From contig NC_081367.1 in the NCBI RefSeq assembly GCF_030684315.1, positions 5,315,956 through 5,379,955 on the forward strand: a stretch of DNA of 64,000 nucleotides, read 5' to 3'. The stretch comes from Stegostoma tigrinum (lineage: Eukaryota). The stretch's first letter is position 1, and each line of letters opens with the position of its first letter. Both the position numbers and the translations under genes were made by a program. The notes under the pieces were generated by a model. That model worked only from the letters and a program-made list of their open reading frames with translations, ran no database searches and was not told the origin of the DNA. Shown piece by piece: positions 23,959 to 36,242 of this stretch.

Positions 23959-24320
23959 GGGAGGCAATGGCCTAGTGGGATTATCGCTGGACTGTTAAAC
24001 CAGAGATCCAGATAACATTCTGGCGACCCAGGTTCGAATTCTGCCATGGCAGATGGTGGAATTTGAATTCAATAATATTTAATATCTGGAATTAAGAGTC
24101 TAATGATGGACATGAACCCATTGTCAATTGTCAGAAAAAATCCCTCTGGTTCACTAATATACTTTAGGGAAGGAAACTGTCATCCTTACCTGGTCTGGCC
24201 TACATGTGACTCCACACCCACAGCAATGTGGTTTATTCTTTACTGTACTCTGGACAATTAAATATGGGCAATAAATGTTGCCTCACTAGTGACGCCCTCA
24301 TCCCATGAGTAAATAACAAA
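23959..24320 (+). mobile_element. tRNA-headed SINE (family with copies ~28890-29240, ~31050-31390, ~40240-40578, all on -)
   Basis: A-box TGGCCTAGTGG, B-box GGTTCGAATTC, shared body, GGGCAATAAATG tail. Confidence 0.8.
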
Positions 24321-26664
24321 AAATATTGAGAACAGACTTTAACTAGTGCTAAGCCTTGGGAGTTCGCTACCATTAACCCTACTCATTCCCAGCAACATTT
24401 GCTCCCTCAAATTACAAACAGATCAAGTTAGTTGTGGAGTGTGAGAAAATGGCCAACAGACTACATAAAACTTCTACCTCAGTTTATACAGAGCACTATA
24501 ATGTTGAGACTGCACAAGTAGTAGAGCAGAAGTTGGGTGTCGGTAAAGGTTATAAAATAAATTATTCAAAACTAAATGGGAATTTGGCAGATCTTGATTT
24601 ATATCCAAGAGATGTGACAGAAGCACAGTAAGAAAGAACTCAAATATATGACCACGTGGATAGAATGATTGTTGAAATTCAAATTACTCAGAGAGAAGTA
24701 CAGCTAACAATTAAAGACAGGTAATACTCTTGGAAATATGAGATGCAGCAAAAGGGGAAGCTTCAGCATTTACAAGCTTTAAGGAAGCTTAGTGCAAAGG
24801 TAAAAACAAAATACTATTAATAAGCTGTTGAACCGATTGAGAAATATACCAATACCAAGTCTGGGTATAATTGATCCAGCTGATAACTTTCAGGCAGTTT
24901 GGCTGACAAAGCACTTTGCAAACTTGAGTACTGAACCCCACTGAGGCAGGACAACTAGACTTACCTCAATTATCTAGGAGACATATCGTCCATACAGAAC
25001 TCGGAATACAGCAAGATCCTGACAGACTTTGACCTTGGTTTATACAGAGGACTTTAATATTGAGACTGTACAAGTAGTAGAGTAGAAGCCGGGTGTCAGT
25101 AAAGGTTATAACATAAAATCATCAATGAGGATCAAATCCCAACTGAGGTGGAAATCCCAGAAGAGTTGTGATGGTGTGTCAAAAGATTTATTAAAGCATG
25201 GCAACCTTTTTGTAAGACTTTGGATCAAGGACACAGGTGGAAAAGGATAAAATGTTCAAAAACATTGCTACAGCACTCCATTTTCCTAGTATATTTTCCA
25301 ACACTACTACAAAGCCTGTTTACAAATGTTTCAAGAGGAAGGTGAAAATAGCCTAAGCCCTTTTCATGTCAAGAGTGATTATGTTTTTACACAGAGGAGT
25401 AAATTCAAAAATTCATCTGTTCCACTTATGCAGAAATATTGCAGATTCTGTGTCTGACCAGCTTCCTCAGTCCACATTAATGCTTTGGACAAGGGCATCA
25501 GTGCTAGTGAAATGACGGTACGAAGAAAACATGCAGCCATCTAAGCAAGCCATAGATTACCCCTTCTGCAATACAATAAACTGTGTTTTTACCAGCAGCT
25601 TATGAATTGGCAATCTTGATAAATCCGCAAAAATTATATAACTGAAATATGGCAAGTTTACTGCTTCATTGCGACCTCTGTACAGTCAGTTCAAGGTGCA
25701 AATGAGAAGGCTCTCTGCCAGTAAGTTTTATTTAAGGTGAAACTGTTATTATATAAATGATTTATGCTTTAGATAAAATATTACAGTAATAAGTATACCC
25801 CCTGCATTATTTAGTTTTACATTGATTACATGGATCTCTTGATCAACCAGAATATTTGATCAACCGGCACACTCCTGGTCTTATAGGTGCCAGCTAATAA
25901 AAAGTTCGGTGTACTTCAGAAGTAATTCCCAAGTGTTGAATATGTGTGGAGAAGCATAAGCTATGCTCAACAATTAATTTATTAGACAACAGGCCCTTAC
26001 AGTGATAACATTCAAATGGTACCAAAACTGTACATCTGTGCAACATTATCTGCAAAGGTATCATATAACCAATCACCATTATGATCCCAAATTGAGGACT
26101 TGCATCAATGAGCTAAGACTTAAACACAGACTCAGTCCTTAAAAGTATATAAAATACATGCATTTGTACCAAATCCAAATCAGGAAGTTGTGTTTCCAGC
26201 ACCCTCAATGATCTTATCTACACTAGATATCTCACCTCAAACCTGTCCCACCTATTTCTGCACTTCCACTTTACCCTTCACCCTCCATCTCAGAACTACA
26301 ATAAGGTTCCCCTTGTCCTCAACTTTTCACTCCACCAATCTTCATATCCAAAGGATTATCCTCCACCATTTCAGCAACCGTCCAGCATGATGCTGCCACC
26401 AAACATATCATTTCCTGCCCTGCCTTGTCAGCACCCCAAAAGGACAGTTTCCCTGGACCCACTCTTCAATAACCTTCAACACCTCATCCCTCTCCCATGA
26501 CCCTTCCCATGCTTTCACAGGAGTTGCAACACTTTCCCTCGATCCTATCCAAGTCTTCAAACATTTCTTCTCCTAGGAACACTTAGAATCACAGAATCCC
26601 TGGAAGCAGGGCATTCAGCATGGCCTTCACAAGGGCATATGATTGACAGACAAGGGATCCTAGT

Positions 26665-26883
26665 TCTTTTTCCGAGCCCTGCACCAAGACACCTGTTGAG
26701 ATGAACAACACTGTGACCATCAGAACCAGAAAGTTCAAGACTAATCGCTTGCTTCAATGCAAGCAAATGGTCGTCAATGTTCTCCATTCTGGAAAACACA
26801 CAGATCCTAAGACAGAAATTAGAGAAAAACAAGCAAAAATGTACAAAATGACACCAGATGTCATGGTTGTTTTTGGCTTCAGG
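26665..26883 (+). pseudogene. RPS24: Processed pseudogene of 40S ribosomal protein S24 (5' UTR plus first ~61 codons only)
   Basis: [61 protein letters not shown] matches the eS24 N-terminus. It is intronless and carries substitutions at conserved positions. A pyrimidine tract TTCTTTTTCC lies upstream. Confidence 0.92.
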
Positions 26884-26884
26884 A

Positions 26885-27517
26885 ATAGATAGTAGAAAGA
26901 AATCTATGACTCTACTCTTCATCATATCCGCCAATTTCATACTTCTATGGTTAATACATATTTTATATTGAACCTCTGAATGGACCCACACCCCAAGTAA
27001 CTGCATTTCTCACGGCTAATCCACCTAGCCTGAACATCCCTGTATACTGTGGGCAACTTACCACAGCCAATCCACCGAACTTGCACATCTTTGGACAGTG
27101 GGAGGAAACCAGAGTATTTGAAGGAAATCCACACTGACACAGGGAAAATGTGCAAACTCCACACAGACAGTAGCTTAAGGGTGGAATTGAACCGAGCACC
27201 CTGGCACCCTGAGGCACCGTCATGCCTTGATGGTGGCTCTCAGTTACTTGGATTTATTCATCAATTGAATTATTTTTATAAGTGGATATTTCATGCCGTT
27301 CTTTAATTGGTTTCTGAATTTTTCTCTATGTCAGCACATATATATTTGTGCAGCAACTTAGGCTCCACAACAAAAATGCAACTTGCTCGAAAAGAAAAAG
27401 CATGGTCATCCAAGAATAACCAAAATTAGAGAAATATAAAATACACATCAACCGTAGAAGTACGAAATTGGCGGATATGACAAAGAGTAAAGTCATAGAT
27501 TTCATTCTGCTCTCTAT
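26885..27517. mobile_element. Element bounded by ~85-bp inverted repeats (MITE / DNA-transposon-like), containing an HE1 SINE at ~26975-27222
   Basis: 26885-26969 is the imperfect reverse complement of 27433-27517 (shared core GAAATCTATGAC..TCATATCCGCCAATTTC). Confidence 0.7.
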
Positions 27518-28349
27518 CTCTGGATCATTCTCTATTTTTCTCAGAACCCTAAGTCCCTTACGGCCTCAAAGACATGTCTGACTGTCAGATATGTTGAGAA
27601 AAAGCGTAAAAATGAATGGGAAAAAGGTGCTGAAATGTTTCAATATATTTAAAACTTGCCCACCAATGGACGTAAACAACTGTATAATAGTACCACGGAA
27701 CATTGAAAGAAAACCTGGAAAGGTCAGCAATAATCTAATCTATTGTGTTTGCTGCTCACAAACTCACAATGCAGTCTCTTCTACATTGGGGACATCAAAA
27801 GCATGTTTACGGAATACCTACATTCAATCCTCAAGCATGGCCCAGACCTTCCAGTCACTCGCCATTTCAAGATATCATCCTGCCCTAAGCTCACGTTTGC
27901 TGCAGTGTTCCAGTGAAGTCCAACACAAGCTGGAGGAACAACATCTCATTTTACATTTAGGCATTTTACAGCCTTCTGAACTCAAAGTTAAGTTTCACAA
28001 CTTCTGAACACGAATGCAATCTTTCATTTTGGTTTCCCCGCACCCCAACCCTAGCTTCTTATTTCCATGGTTTTGCTATCAGCATGGATACCCCGCATCC
28101 TGCTATTAATACCTACTCTGGATCCATGTAACTTCTTTACAACCGTTACCATACTGCTTGCATTTTGCTCTGTAACAAGCCTGAACTCTGACCTTACTCA
28201 ATATCTAACCCTCCACTTATTTTTCCTTTATTCCACTTTTTCAACCCGTAGAATGTAATACAACACCCATCTACAATATTCTATAATATAATACCCATCA
28301 CTCTGCCATCTCTCTTCAGTTCCAAAGAAGAGCAGCTTCCAAGGCTAGG

Positions 28350-28882
28350 AATCTTGCAGTGAGTAACTCACTTCCCGACTCCCCAAAACCTATCCACCAT
28401 TACACGGGGGCACAAGTCAGGACTGTAATGGAATATTCCCCACTTGCCTGAAGGAACACTGCTCCAATACTCAGGAAGCTTGACCCCGTTCAAGACAAAG
28501 CAGCCTATTTGAATGGAATTATATTCACAAATGTGCACTTCCTCCACCAGCAATGCTCAGAGGCAGCATGGCTGAATACAGAAACAGATGCACAGCAGAA
28601 ATTTCCCAAGAATCCTTAGACAGCATCTTCCAAACCCATGAGTACTACCATTCAGAAGGATACTTTGATACATGGGAACACCACCACCTACAAGGTCCCC
28701 TCCAAACCAGACACCACGGTGACATGGAAATATATATTGTTCTTTCACTGTCGCTGAGTCAAAATCTTAGAACTTGCTCCTTAAGGGAATTATGGATCTA
28801 CCTAGAGCCCACATGGACAGCAGCAGTTCAAGAAGATAGCTTAATGCCACCTTCTCAAGAGAAATTAGGGATGGGCAACAAT
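28350..28882 (+). mobile_element. LINE 3' fragment with AATTAGGGATGGGCAA tail (related pieces at ~14090-14340 + and ~32510-32930 -)
   Basis: Degenerate ORF2 C-terminus (MEYSPLA motif); the tail is shared with the tRNA-headed SINE. Confidence 0.7.
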
Positions 28883-31800
28883 TTTTTTTAAAAAATTCAT
28901 TCATGGGATGTGGGCATTGCTGCTGAACAGCATTTATTGCCCATCCCTAATGGCCCAGAGGACAATTAAGAGTCAACCACATTGCTCTGGATCTGAAGTC
29001 ACATGTAGGCTGGACCAGGTAAGGGTGGCAGATTTCCTTCCCACAGAACATTAGTGAACCAGATGGGTTTTTCTGAACAATCAGCAATGGTTTCATGATC
29101 ATCATTAGACTCCTAATTCCAGATTATTATTGAATTCAAATTCCACCTTCTGCCGTGGCCAGATTCGAACCCAGGTCCCCAGAACATTACCTGAGTGTCT
29201 GGATTCACTGTCTAGTGCTAATACCACTAGGTCATCATCTAACCTTGGCAAATGCTGGTCCATCCCCACATATCGTGTGAGCTAACTTTAAAAAGTATCA
29301 TTTTAGAGTTAAATCTCTGTTTCTCCATTCACAGACGCTCCCAGTCCTGCTGACTATTTCTGGCACTTACTATTTTTATTTCAGACCTCCAGCATCTGCA
29401 GTATTTTGCTTTGTTGTTAAGGGAGTATACATACGGATGTTTTCAGATCAACTTGTTCAGAGATGTTACAACTCACCTGTACAGCAGTGGCATGTGGACC
29501 TAGGCCTCCTGGCTCAGAGGTACTATTGTTATTCAGAAGTATACTCCTGCTATTTAGTGTTATAGTTTATATCATTATTTAATCCATACTAATGAGGAAA
29601 CTGAAGTTGGGAAGAGAGCTCATGCAATTCAGATGTGGACAGCCAGTCATTCCATCCTATTCACTTTCGAAAAATGAGTTGTTATTTCAGCTCTAAGCAT
29701 AGTAACACAGTGTGAAGCAGCAAAAAGTCCCACACCAAACATCATCCCGCAAACAGCTATCAAAATGGCCTCAGAAGAGCAAACCGTAAAGAACTATAGG
29801 AAGTTCAGTTAATTGATCCCTCTGGAGACCCTGGGGAGCAAACAGAGAGAACACAATCTATTTAGTTCGAGATTTCAGGAGTAACTTTATTCACAAAACG
29901 TACTATTTGTGATTTTGATTAGCACATTAGAAAAATGCAGGGCAAACTTTACACAGGATACTAACCTTTCAACAACAAACGGGAGATGGCTTAAGAAAAG
30001 GCCCATGTAAACATTTTGGCCATTCTTGTCATATACAGCTCATGAGGCATGTCCAAAATGCAGATAATATAATACATGTAGCCTCTAAAGCAGAATTATT
30101 TTGATACAGTAGTGTAAAATTGCCTGAGATCTTTCAGGCAGGATTTTTTGAATTTTTGGGACAGTTAAATTAGTAGCTTGGCAGGTCTTTTCTGTTTGGT
30201 CTCAAGGATAAAGTATCAGGCATGCATGTCAAAACATTTTCCAAACATGAGAAATATTTGAGAAATGTTAACAATGATTTCCTTAATGTCTGAAATCCCC
30301 AATTCCACCAGGCTGCTTTTTACAGCCATTCTGAACATCAAAAGAATTGATATATGGCAGGCTGAGGATGCCAGAGAATCTGTGCCTGGATGTTTAAAGG
30401 AAATTTATATTATCTAGCTCCAGTTCTGTCTTTTGTCTAACAAAGCTTTCTGAATTCTGGCTGCGCAGACAGGTTTCCATGAACTTAACATTCCTTTTCA
30501 GAGTAGAACATGGAACTTTTACAGGCTTTCTGCCCCCACCCCAATTTTGTCCTGTAAATTTGGCAGATGATCAGCACAAAAATGCACAGAAATGATGTAA
30601 ACAGCTGCTTAAGCCTTTTCTCCAAAGTTCGCCTGTAAATAACAAACGGCACTAGATGAAAAGGTAATGTGGCATTAAGTAAAATGCCTGACAATTTTAT
30701 TGGGGATTCTCTTAATTAGCTGTGTAACTTCAGTTAAAAAAATTTTATTAACAGGGTTTAAACAATCAACTGAAGCTTGCTGGCTAATGGAAAGAACCAG
30801 ACTGAATTCCCAGCAGGAGTTCCCTTCTTAAGTATCAGAAATAGGCTGTAAGATGTGTGCAATTTGTGGAAGATGCATAGGAAGATAAACAGACCAGTCC
30901 TATACCTAAAGAATGAAATGTTCTCTCGTTGCCTTTCTTTAAACATATCAAGTTGCTGTGACCTGAAATGCTTTGACTGACAAGGTGGAAAAATTGATAA
31001 AAAGCCAAAATGATGTAGATCCAAAGAGATTTGGTTCCAGATACATAGTTTTTTTTATTCATTAACAGGATGAGGGCATCACTGGCTAGGCAGCATTTAT
31101 TGCCCAGAGGGCAGTTCAGGGTCAACCACATTGCTGTGGGGTCTGGACTCCCAAGTAGGCCAGTCCAGGTAAGGATGGCAGTTACCTTCCCTAAAGGGCA
31201 TTAGTTAACCAGGTGGGTTTTTCTGACAATCGACAACGGATGCATGGTCATCATTACATTCTTAATTCCAGATATTTTACTGAATTCAAATTCCACTATC
31301 TGCCATGGTGGTGTTCGAACCCAGGTCCCCAGAACGTTATCTGGGTCTCCGATTAACAGTCTAGTGATAATACCACCAGGCAATAGCCTATTTCATTGAA
31401 ATTCTATGATCAGGTATAGAAAAATGCTCAAAAGGCTGATGGAGCATTGGCCTTTATATCTAGAAGAATGAATACAATGGAAGAGAAGTACACTCAACTA
31501 GACAAAGCCCTAGTCAGACCATATCAAGACTACTTTAAAGAGTTTTGGCCATCACAGCTTAGGAAGGATGAACTTTCTTTGGTTAGACTGCAGTGCAGAT
31601 TTATCACATACCAAGGTTTAAAACTTGAAGACAAATTACACAAACTATATTCCCTGGAATGACAAAGATTGAGGATTGATTCGTTAAAGTTAAAGATATT
31701 TTAGGGGAAACAGAAAGAACAGACGTGGAAGAAGTATTTATCCTAGCTGGAGTCCAGGATAAGGGAACAGTCTAAAACTTATAGCTGGATCTTCTAGGAA

Positions 31801-32039
31801 TGCAATTAAGAAACATTTCTAATGCAAAGAGTCATAGGACTTTGGACTGACATGCAAGTACAAGATGATTGAAGACTTCAAGTTGCTACCAACTTCACTG
31901 GCTGCAGACTTGCTGAAACTGAGTGTACATATAATAAACTACATAAAAGGGATTTCACAGCAATGTGCTATTCCAAACAATTCCAGTAAAATCCAAGACT
32001 GGAAATCCCACCTTTGGCTGGTCTTTCATTACTCTTAAA

Positions 32040-32183
32040 TTAGCGTTCGAACTTGCCATGTATCCACATAGCTCTGATAAGCAGGACACAGCACAGAATG
32101 GTAGTGAGCAATGTTGCAGTGACCACAGCCAATACATCCTTCTTCTGCCCAACAGGAACCTGTAGCGTAACAGTTTCCACAAC
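32040..32183 (-). CDS. PIGX: PIGX coding exon 6 (transmembrane helix and stop)
   Basis: VVETVTLQVPVGQKKDVLAVVTATLLTTILCCVLLIRAMWIHGKFER*. Acceptor tttttgtag, phase 0, TAA at 32042-32040. Confidence 0.93.
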   Translation of the reverse strand, partial: VVETVTLQVPVGQKKDVLAVVTATLLTTILCCVLLIRAMWIHGKFER

Positions 32184-33950
32184 CTACAAAAAGAAAGAAT
32201 CGTGACATCCAGCAATCTGAAACAGGAAGTGATTCTGAGACTTGGCAATTTGTAAAATAGAAAACAGTCACGACACATTCAGACTTATTAAGCACATGCT
32301 CTAAATTTCATACACAAGTATTTCAATATGACAAAAGTACTTTTTAAGAGTAGTGCACTATTAACTTCTGAACAACAAACAAATGAAAGCAGTTATATGC
32401 ACAAAAAATAAATTCCCAAACTAGGAGACCCCATTCCTAATTGAGTCCTGTATGAAACAGCAGAGATTGCATAATCAGGCACAGAACTCAGCAAGTTCAA
32501 CATGTGTTTTCTTTATTTTTTCATAGTAAGTGGCATCTTTGGCTAAGGCAGCATTTATTGCCCATTCCTCATTTCCCCTAAATTAACGATGGTGAGCTGT
32601 CTTCTTAAAGTTGCAGTTCTTTGAATTTAGGTACACGCAGTCCTGTAAGGAAGGAACATCCAGGATTATGATTTGGTGACAGTGACAGGAATGGTGATAT
32701 TGTTCTAAGTTAGGATACGTGGCTTGAAGGAGAACTTACAATGGGTGTTTTTCCCATGCATCTACTGCCCTTGTCCTTCTAAGTGGGAGGGATCATGGGT
32801 TTGGAAGATATTGTTGAAAGATGAGCTGATGCAAAGTCTATTTTGTAGTTGGAATTCACTGCTGCCACTGTGCAATGGGTAATGTTAAAGGTAGGGGTTG
32901 GGGTGCCAATTAAGTAGCATTTGTCATGGTGGGGCTGTTTTGGTAGAAAGACGAATTCTGAACAACTTTAAGGCTATGGGAGGATATGCAAGGCATGTAA
33001 CATCAGTATCACAAAGCACAATCAAAACTGGCTTGGGGTCTACTACTATTTCTCAAATCACAACATTTTCTAATTAAGAAATACTAACGGTGCAAGCATG
33101 GACTTCTTGGCCCTCATCACAACCTTAATCTTGATACTTTTCCCCTCTCAGATATTCAAACAGTGGAACCTGACCAGACAGCAGAAGACCAATTAGTGGA
33201 AATTAGTGAAGTTAAAGAGATACTGTAATTCAGTCTCACAGCTGCAGGTGCTAAGTTAGATGCCTATGCAGTTTTAGTTTTAGAGCTCAACATCATAACT
33301 CATAGGAACAGAAGTAGGTAATTTAGCCCAGAATTTGCTCCAACTTTCAATGTTATTATAGCTAATCTTATTATCCTCAAATCCACTTTCCTGTCTTATT
33401 CCCATAACCCCTAAATTCCTTACTGATTAAAAATCTATCTACATCAACTTTGAATATACCTAACAACCCAGAATCAACAGCCCTTTATTTTTAAAATCCA
33501 TTCCCTTTGATATGAAGGCAAACATTCAATTTGCCTTGCTTATTAATTTCTGAACCTGGATGCTAATTTTTTGTGCTAAGTGAATAAAAGAAAAATACAC
33601 AAGGACCCCTAAATCACCATGTGCTGCAGTTTTCAGCAGACTTTCACATGCCAAAGTGTATAAGCTCACAGTTTGTCAAATTATGTCCTTTGCAGATTTT
33701 TGCACAATTTGCGAGGTCTTAGCCTATCTATACCCCTCTGTAGACTCTTTCTGTCATCTTCACTACTTACGTTCTCACCTATTTTTGTGTCATCTGAGGA
33801 GAGGACAGAAGTGTTATCTAATTCTGGTAACACAATGGTACATGCATCCTCTAAACAGGGAAAAAAAATCACATTGGTAGCAGCTGAACAATGGTGAGAT
33901 TGCATACCAGTCTGGTACATACTGATGATTACTTTGTTGGGCCAGACCAC

Positions 33951-34280
33951 TTAGATTAGATTAGATTAGATTAGATTCCCTACAGTGTGGAAACAGGTCC
34001 TAAGGCCCAAGAAGTCCACACCGCCCTTGAAGCATTCCACCCAGACCCATTCCCCTATAACCCACACACCCCTGAACACTACGGGCAATTTAACAGGGCC
34101 GATCCACCAAGCGTGCACATCTTTGGACTGTGGGAGGAAACCGGAGCACCCGGAGGAAACCCACGCAGACACGGGGAGAATGTGCAAACTCCATGCAGTC
34201 AGTTGCCCAAGTCTGGAATTGAACTCGGGTCCCTGGCGCTGTGAGGCTGCAGTGCTAACCACTGAGCCACCGTGCCACCC
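33951..34280 (-). mobile_element. Young HE1-type V-SINE with (TCTAA)n tail
   Basis: Intact head GGGTGGCACGGTGGCTCAGTGG...GAGTTCAATTCC, V-domain, and (TTAGA)n at 33951-33976. Confidence 0.9.
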
Positions 34281-34364
34281 TAAACTTACACATAAAAGTG
34301 CTCAATTCATTCAAAAGCCTGTGTTCACTGTTCAGGTGCTTGGAGGAATCCAGCACCAATTTGG

Positions 34365-35661
34365 GATAAGATAACAAAGTGTGAAGCTGGGTGAGCACAG
34401 CAGGCCAAGCAGCATCTCAGGAGCACAAAAGCTAACGTTTTAGGCCTAGACCCTTCATCAGAGAGGGTTCTGAAATAATTAGGGAGAGAGGGGGAGGTGG
34501 ACCAAAGATGGATAGAGGAGAAGATAGGTGGAGAGGAGAGTATAGGTGGGGAGGTAGGGAGGGGATAGGTCAGTCTGGGGAGGACGGGCTGGTCAAGGAG
34601 GCAGGATGAGGTTTGTAGGTGGGAAATGGAGGTGCGGCTTGAGGTGGGAGGAGGGGATAGGTGAGAGGAAAAACAGGTTAGGGAGGCGGGGACGAGCTGG
34701 GCTGGTTTTGGGATGCAGTGGGGGAAGGGGAGATTTTGAAGCTTGCGAAGCGGTCCCCAAGACTCTGCTTGGTTTCCGGAATGTAGCGGAAGCCACACCG
34801 GGTACAGTGGATACAGTATACCACGTTGACAGATGTGCAGGTGAACATCTGATTAATGTGGAAAGTTGTCTTGGCGCCTGGGATGGGGGTGAGACAGGAG
34901 GTGTGTGGGCAAGTGTAGCACTTCCTGCGGTTGCAGGGGAAGGTGCCGGGTGTGGTGGGGTTGGAGGGGAGTGTGGAGTGGACAAGGGAGTCATGGAGAG
35001 CTGGAGCTCACCCATCATCTGCCCAGGGTAGTGGGCACCCATGTTGGTGCTGTTGAATATACATTTACTGCATCCACTATTGTAAAGACGACCACTCCTG
35101 CAATGTGTACTTGGTGTGGGATGCTTCTCATTGCAGCTCAGTTTGGTCCTGTGCCAGTCCAAGTGAGCTCTTGTGTCCTGCGTCCAGCAGGATGAGGATT
35201 TGTCACTGACTGTGTGGCTCATGGTTCCGGTCCACAGCACAATGGTTCACAAGCTCCAAAATCTCCCCTTCCCCCACTGCATCCCAAAACCAGCCCAGCC
35301 CATCCCCACCTTCCTAACCTGTTCTTCCTCTCACCTATCCCCTCATCCCACCTCAAGCCGCACCTCCATTTCCCACCTACTAACCTCACCTCGCCTCCTT
35401 GACCTGTCTGTCCTCCCCGGACTGACCTATCCCCACCCAACCTCCCCACCTATCTTCTCCTCTATCCATCTTCGGTCCACCTGCCCCTCTCTCCCTATTC
35501 ATTTCAGAACCCTCTCCCCTTCCCCCTTTTCTGATGAAGGGTCTAGGCCCAAAACATCAGCTTTTGTGCTCCTGAGATGCTGCTTGGCCTGCTGTGTTCA
35601 TCCAGCTCCACACTTTGTTATCTTGGATTCTCCAGCATCTGCAGTACCCATTATCACTGAT
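34365..35661. mobile_element. Fold-back PLE insertion in the last PIGX intron, with an unrelated ~250-bp filler between the arms and a 10-bp TSD
   Basis: - arm ~34365-34999, + arm ~35247-35661. TSD ACCAATTTGG at 34355-34364 and 35662-35671. Confidence 0.85.
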
Positions 35662-36242
35662 ACCAATTTGGAACAAGTTGTTTTAAATCCCATTGTTTCC
35701 CAAAACAAACCAGGGTTGGAGGGGGGGTGTGGTCACTCACTCCAGCAATGCACCCTACAATCAACTATGATATAGTGTTTGATGGTCAATGCCTCAACAT
35801 TCACTGCAGCACAAGCAGCAGCCACATGGGTACTGCAGCAGGAGCTCAGAACGCTGTCTAGCAATCTCAGCTTGCTGCCATGGAAACTCAGATTTCTGTC
35901 ATCATGGTTCTGGTTGCCAGTGCACAAAGGTCATGATAGCACAGCACTTCGGCAATCTGTTTTACAACAGATCTGCTCCAGAAAAAACCTCTGCAGATAC
36001 AGCCTCCTTTTGACAGACCTTCTCCCCAACCTTCTCCCTCTGCTAGCAGCTTTTCATGCTGTGCAGTTTCTGCACAATGCCAAGAGGAAACATAACAAGG
36101 CCACCTATGTCTGAAAGCAACTGATCCGTCCACAAAATTTTTAATTACCAGAAACAAATTGATATAAACAGACATATGAAAAGGATTGAAAATGTAGAAT
36201 TGCAACAACAGCCAGAAGAGATAGTTGCTGATCTCTCTACAA

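Larger units (their letters stand above)
26190..28010 (+). mobile_element. Old PLE copy split by a ~1.15-kb nested insert (pieces ~26190-26570 and ~27720-28010)
   Basis: Left piece STFHSTNLHIQRIILHHF and right piece SNNLIYCVCC...HKLEEQHLILHLGILQP are collinear with the intact PLE ORF. Confidence 0.7.

Noticed and set aside
23959-24050. tRNA genes (here and at other A/B-box heads such as 34200-34280)
   Set aside because: They are SINE heads followed by SINE bodies and tails; no complete cloverleaf was evident.
26701-26892. Functional RPS24 gene
   Set aside because: Intronless, truncated at about half length, substituted at conserved residues and embedded in repeats.
35779-36114. 111-aa ORF in a PIGX intron
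   Set aside because: No recognisable homology or convincing splice signals.
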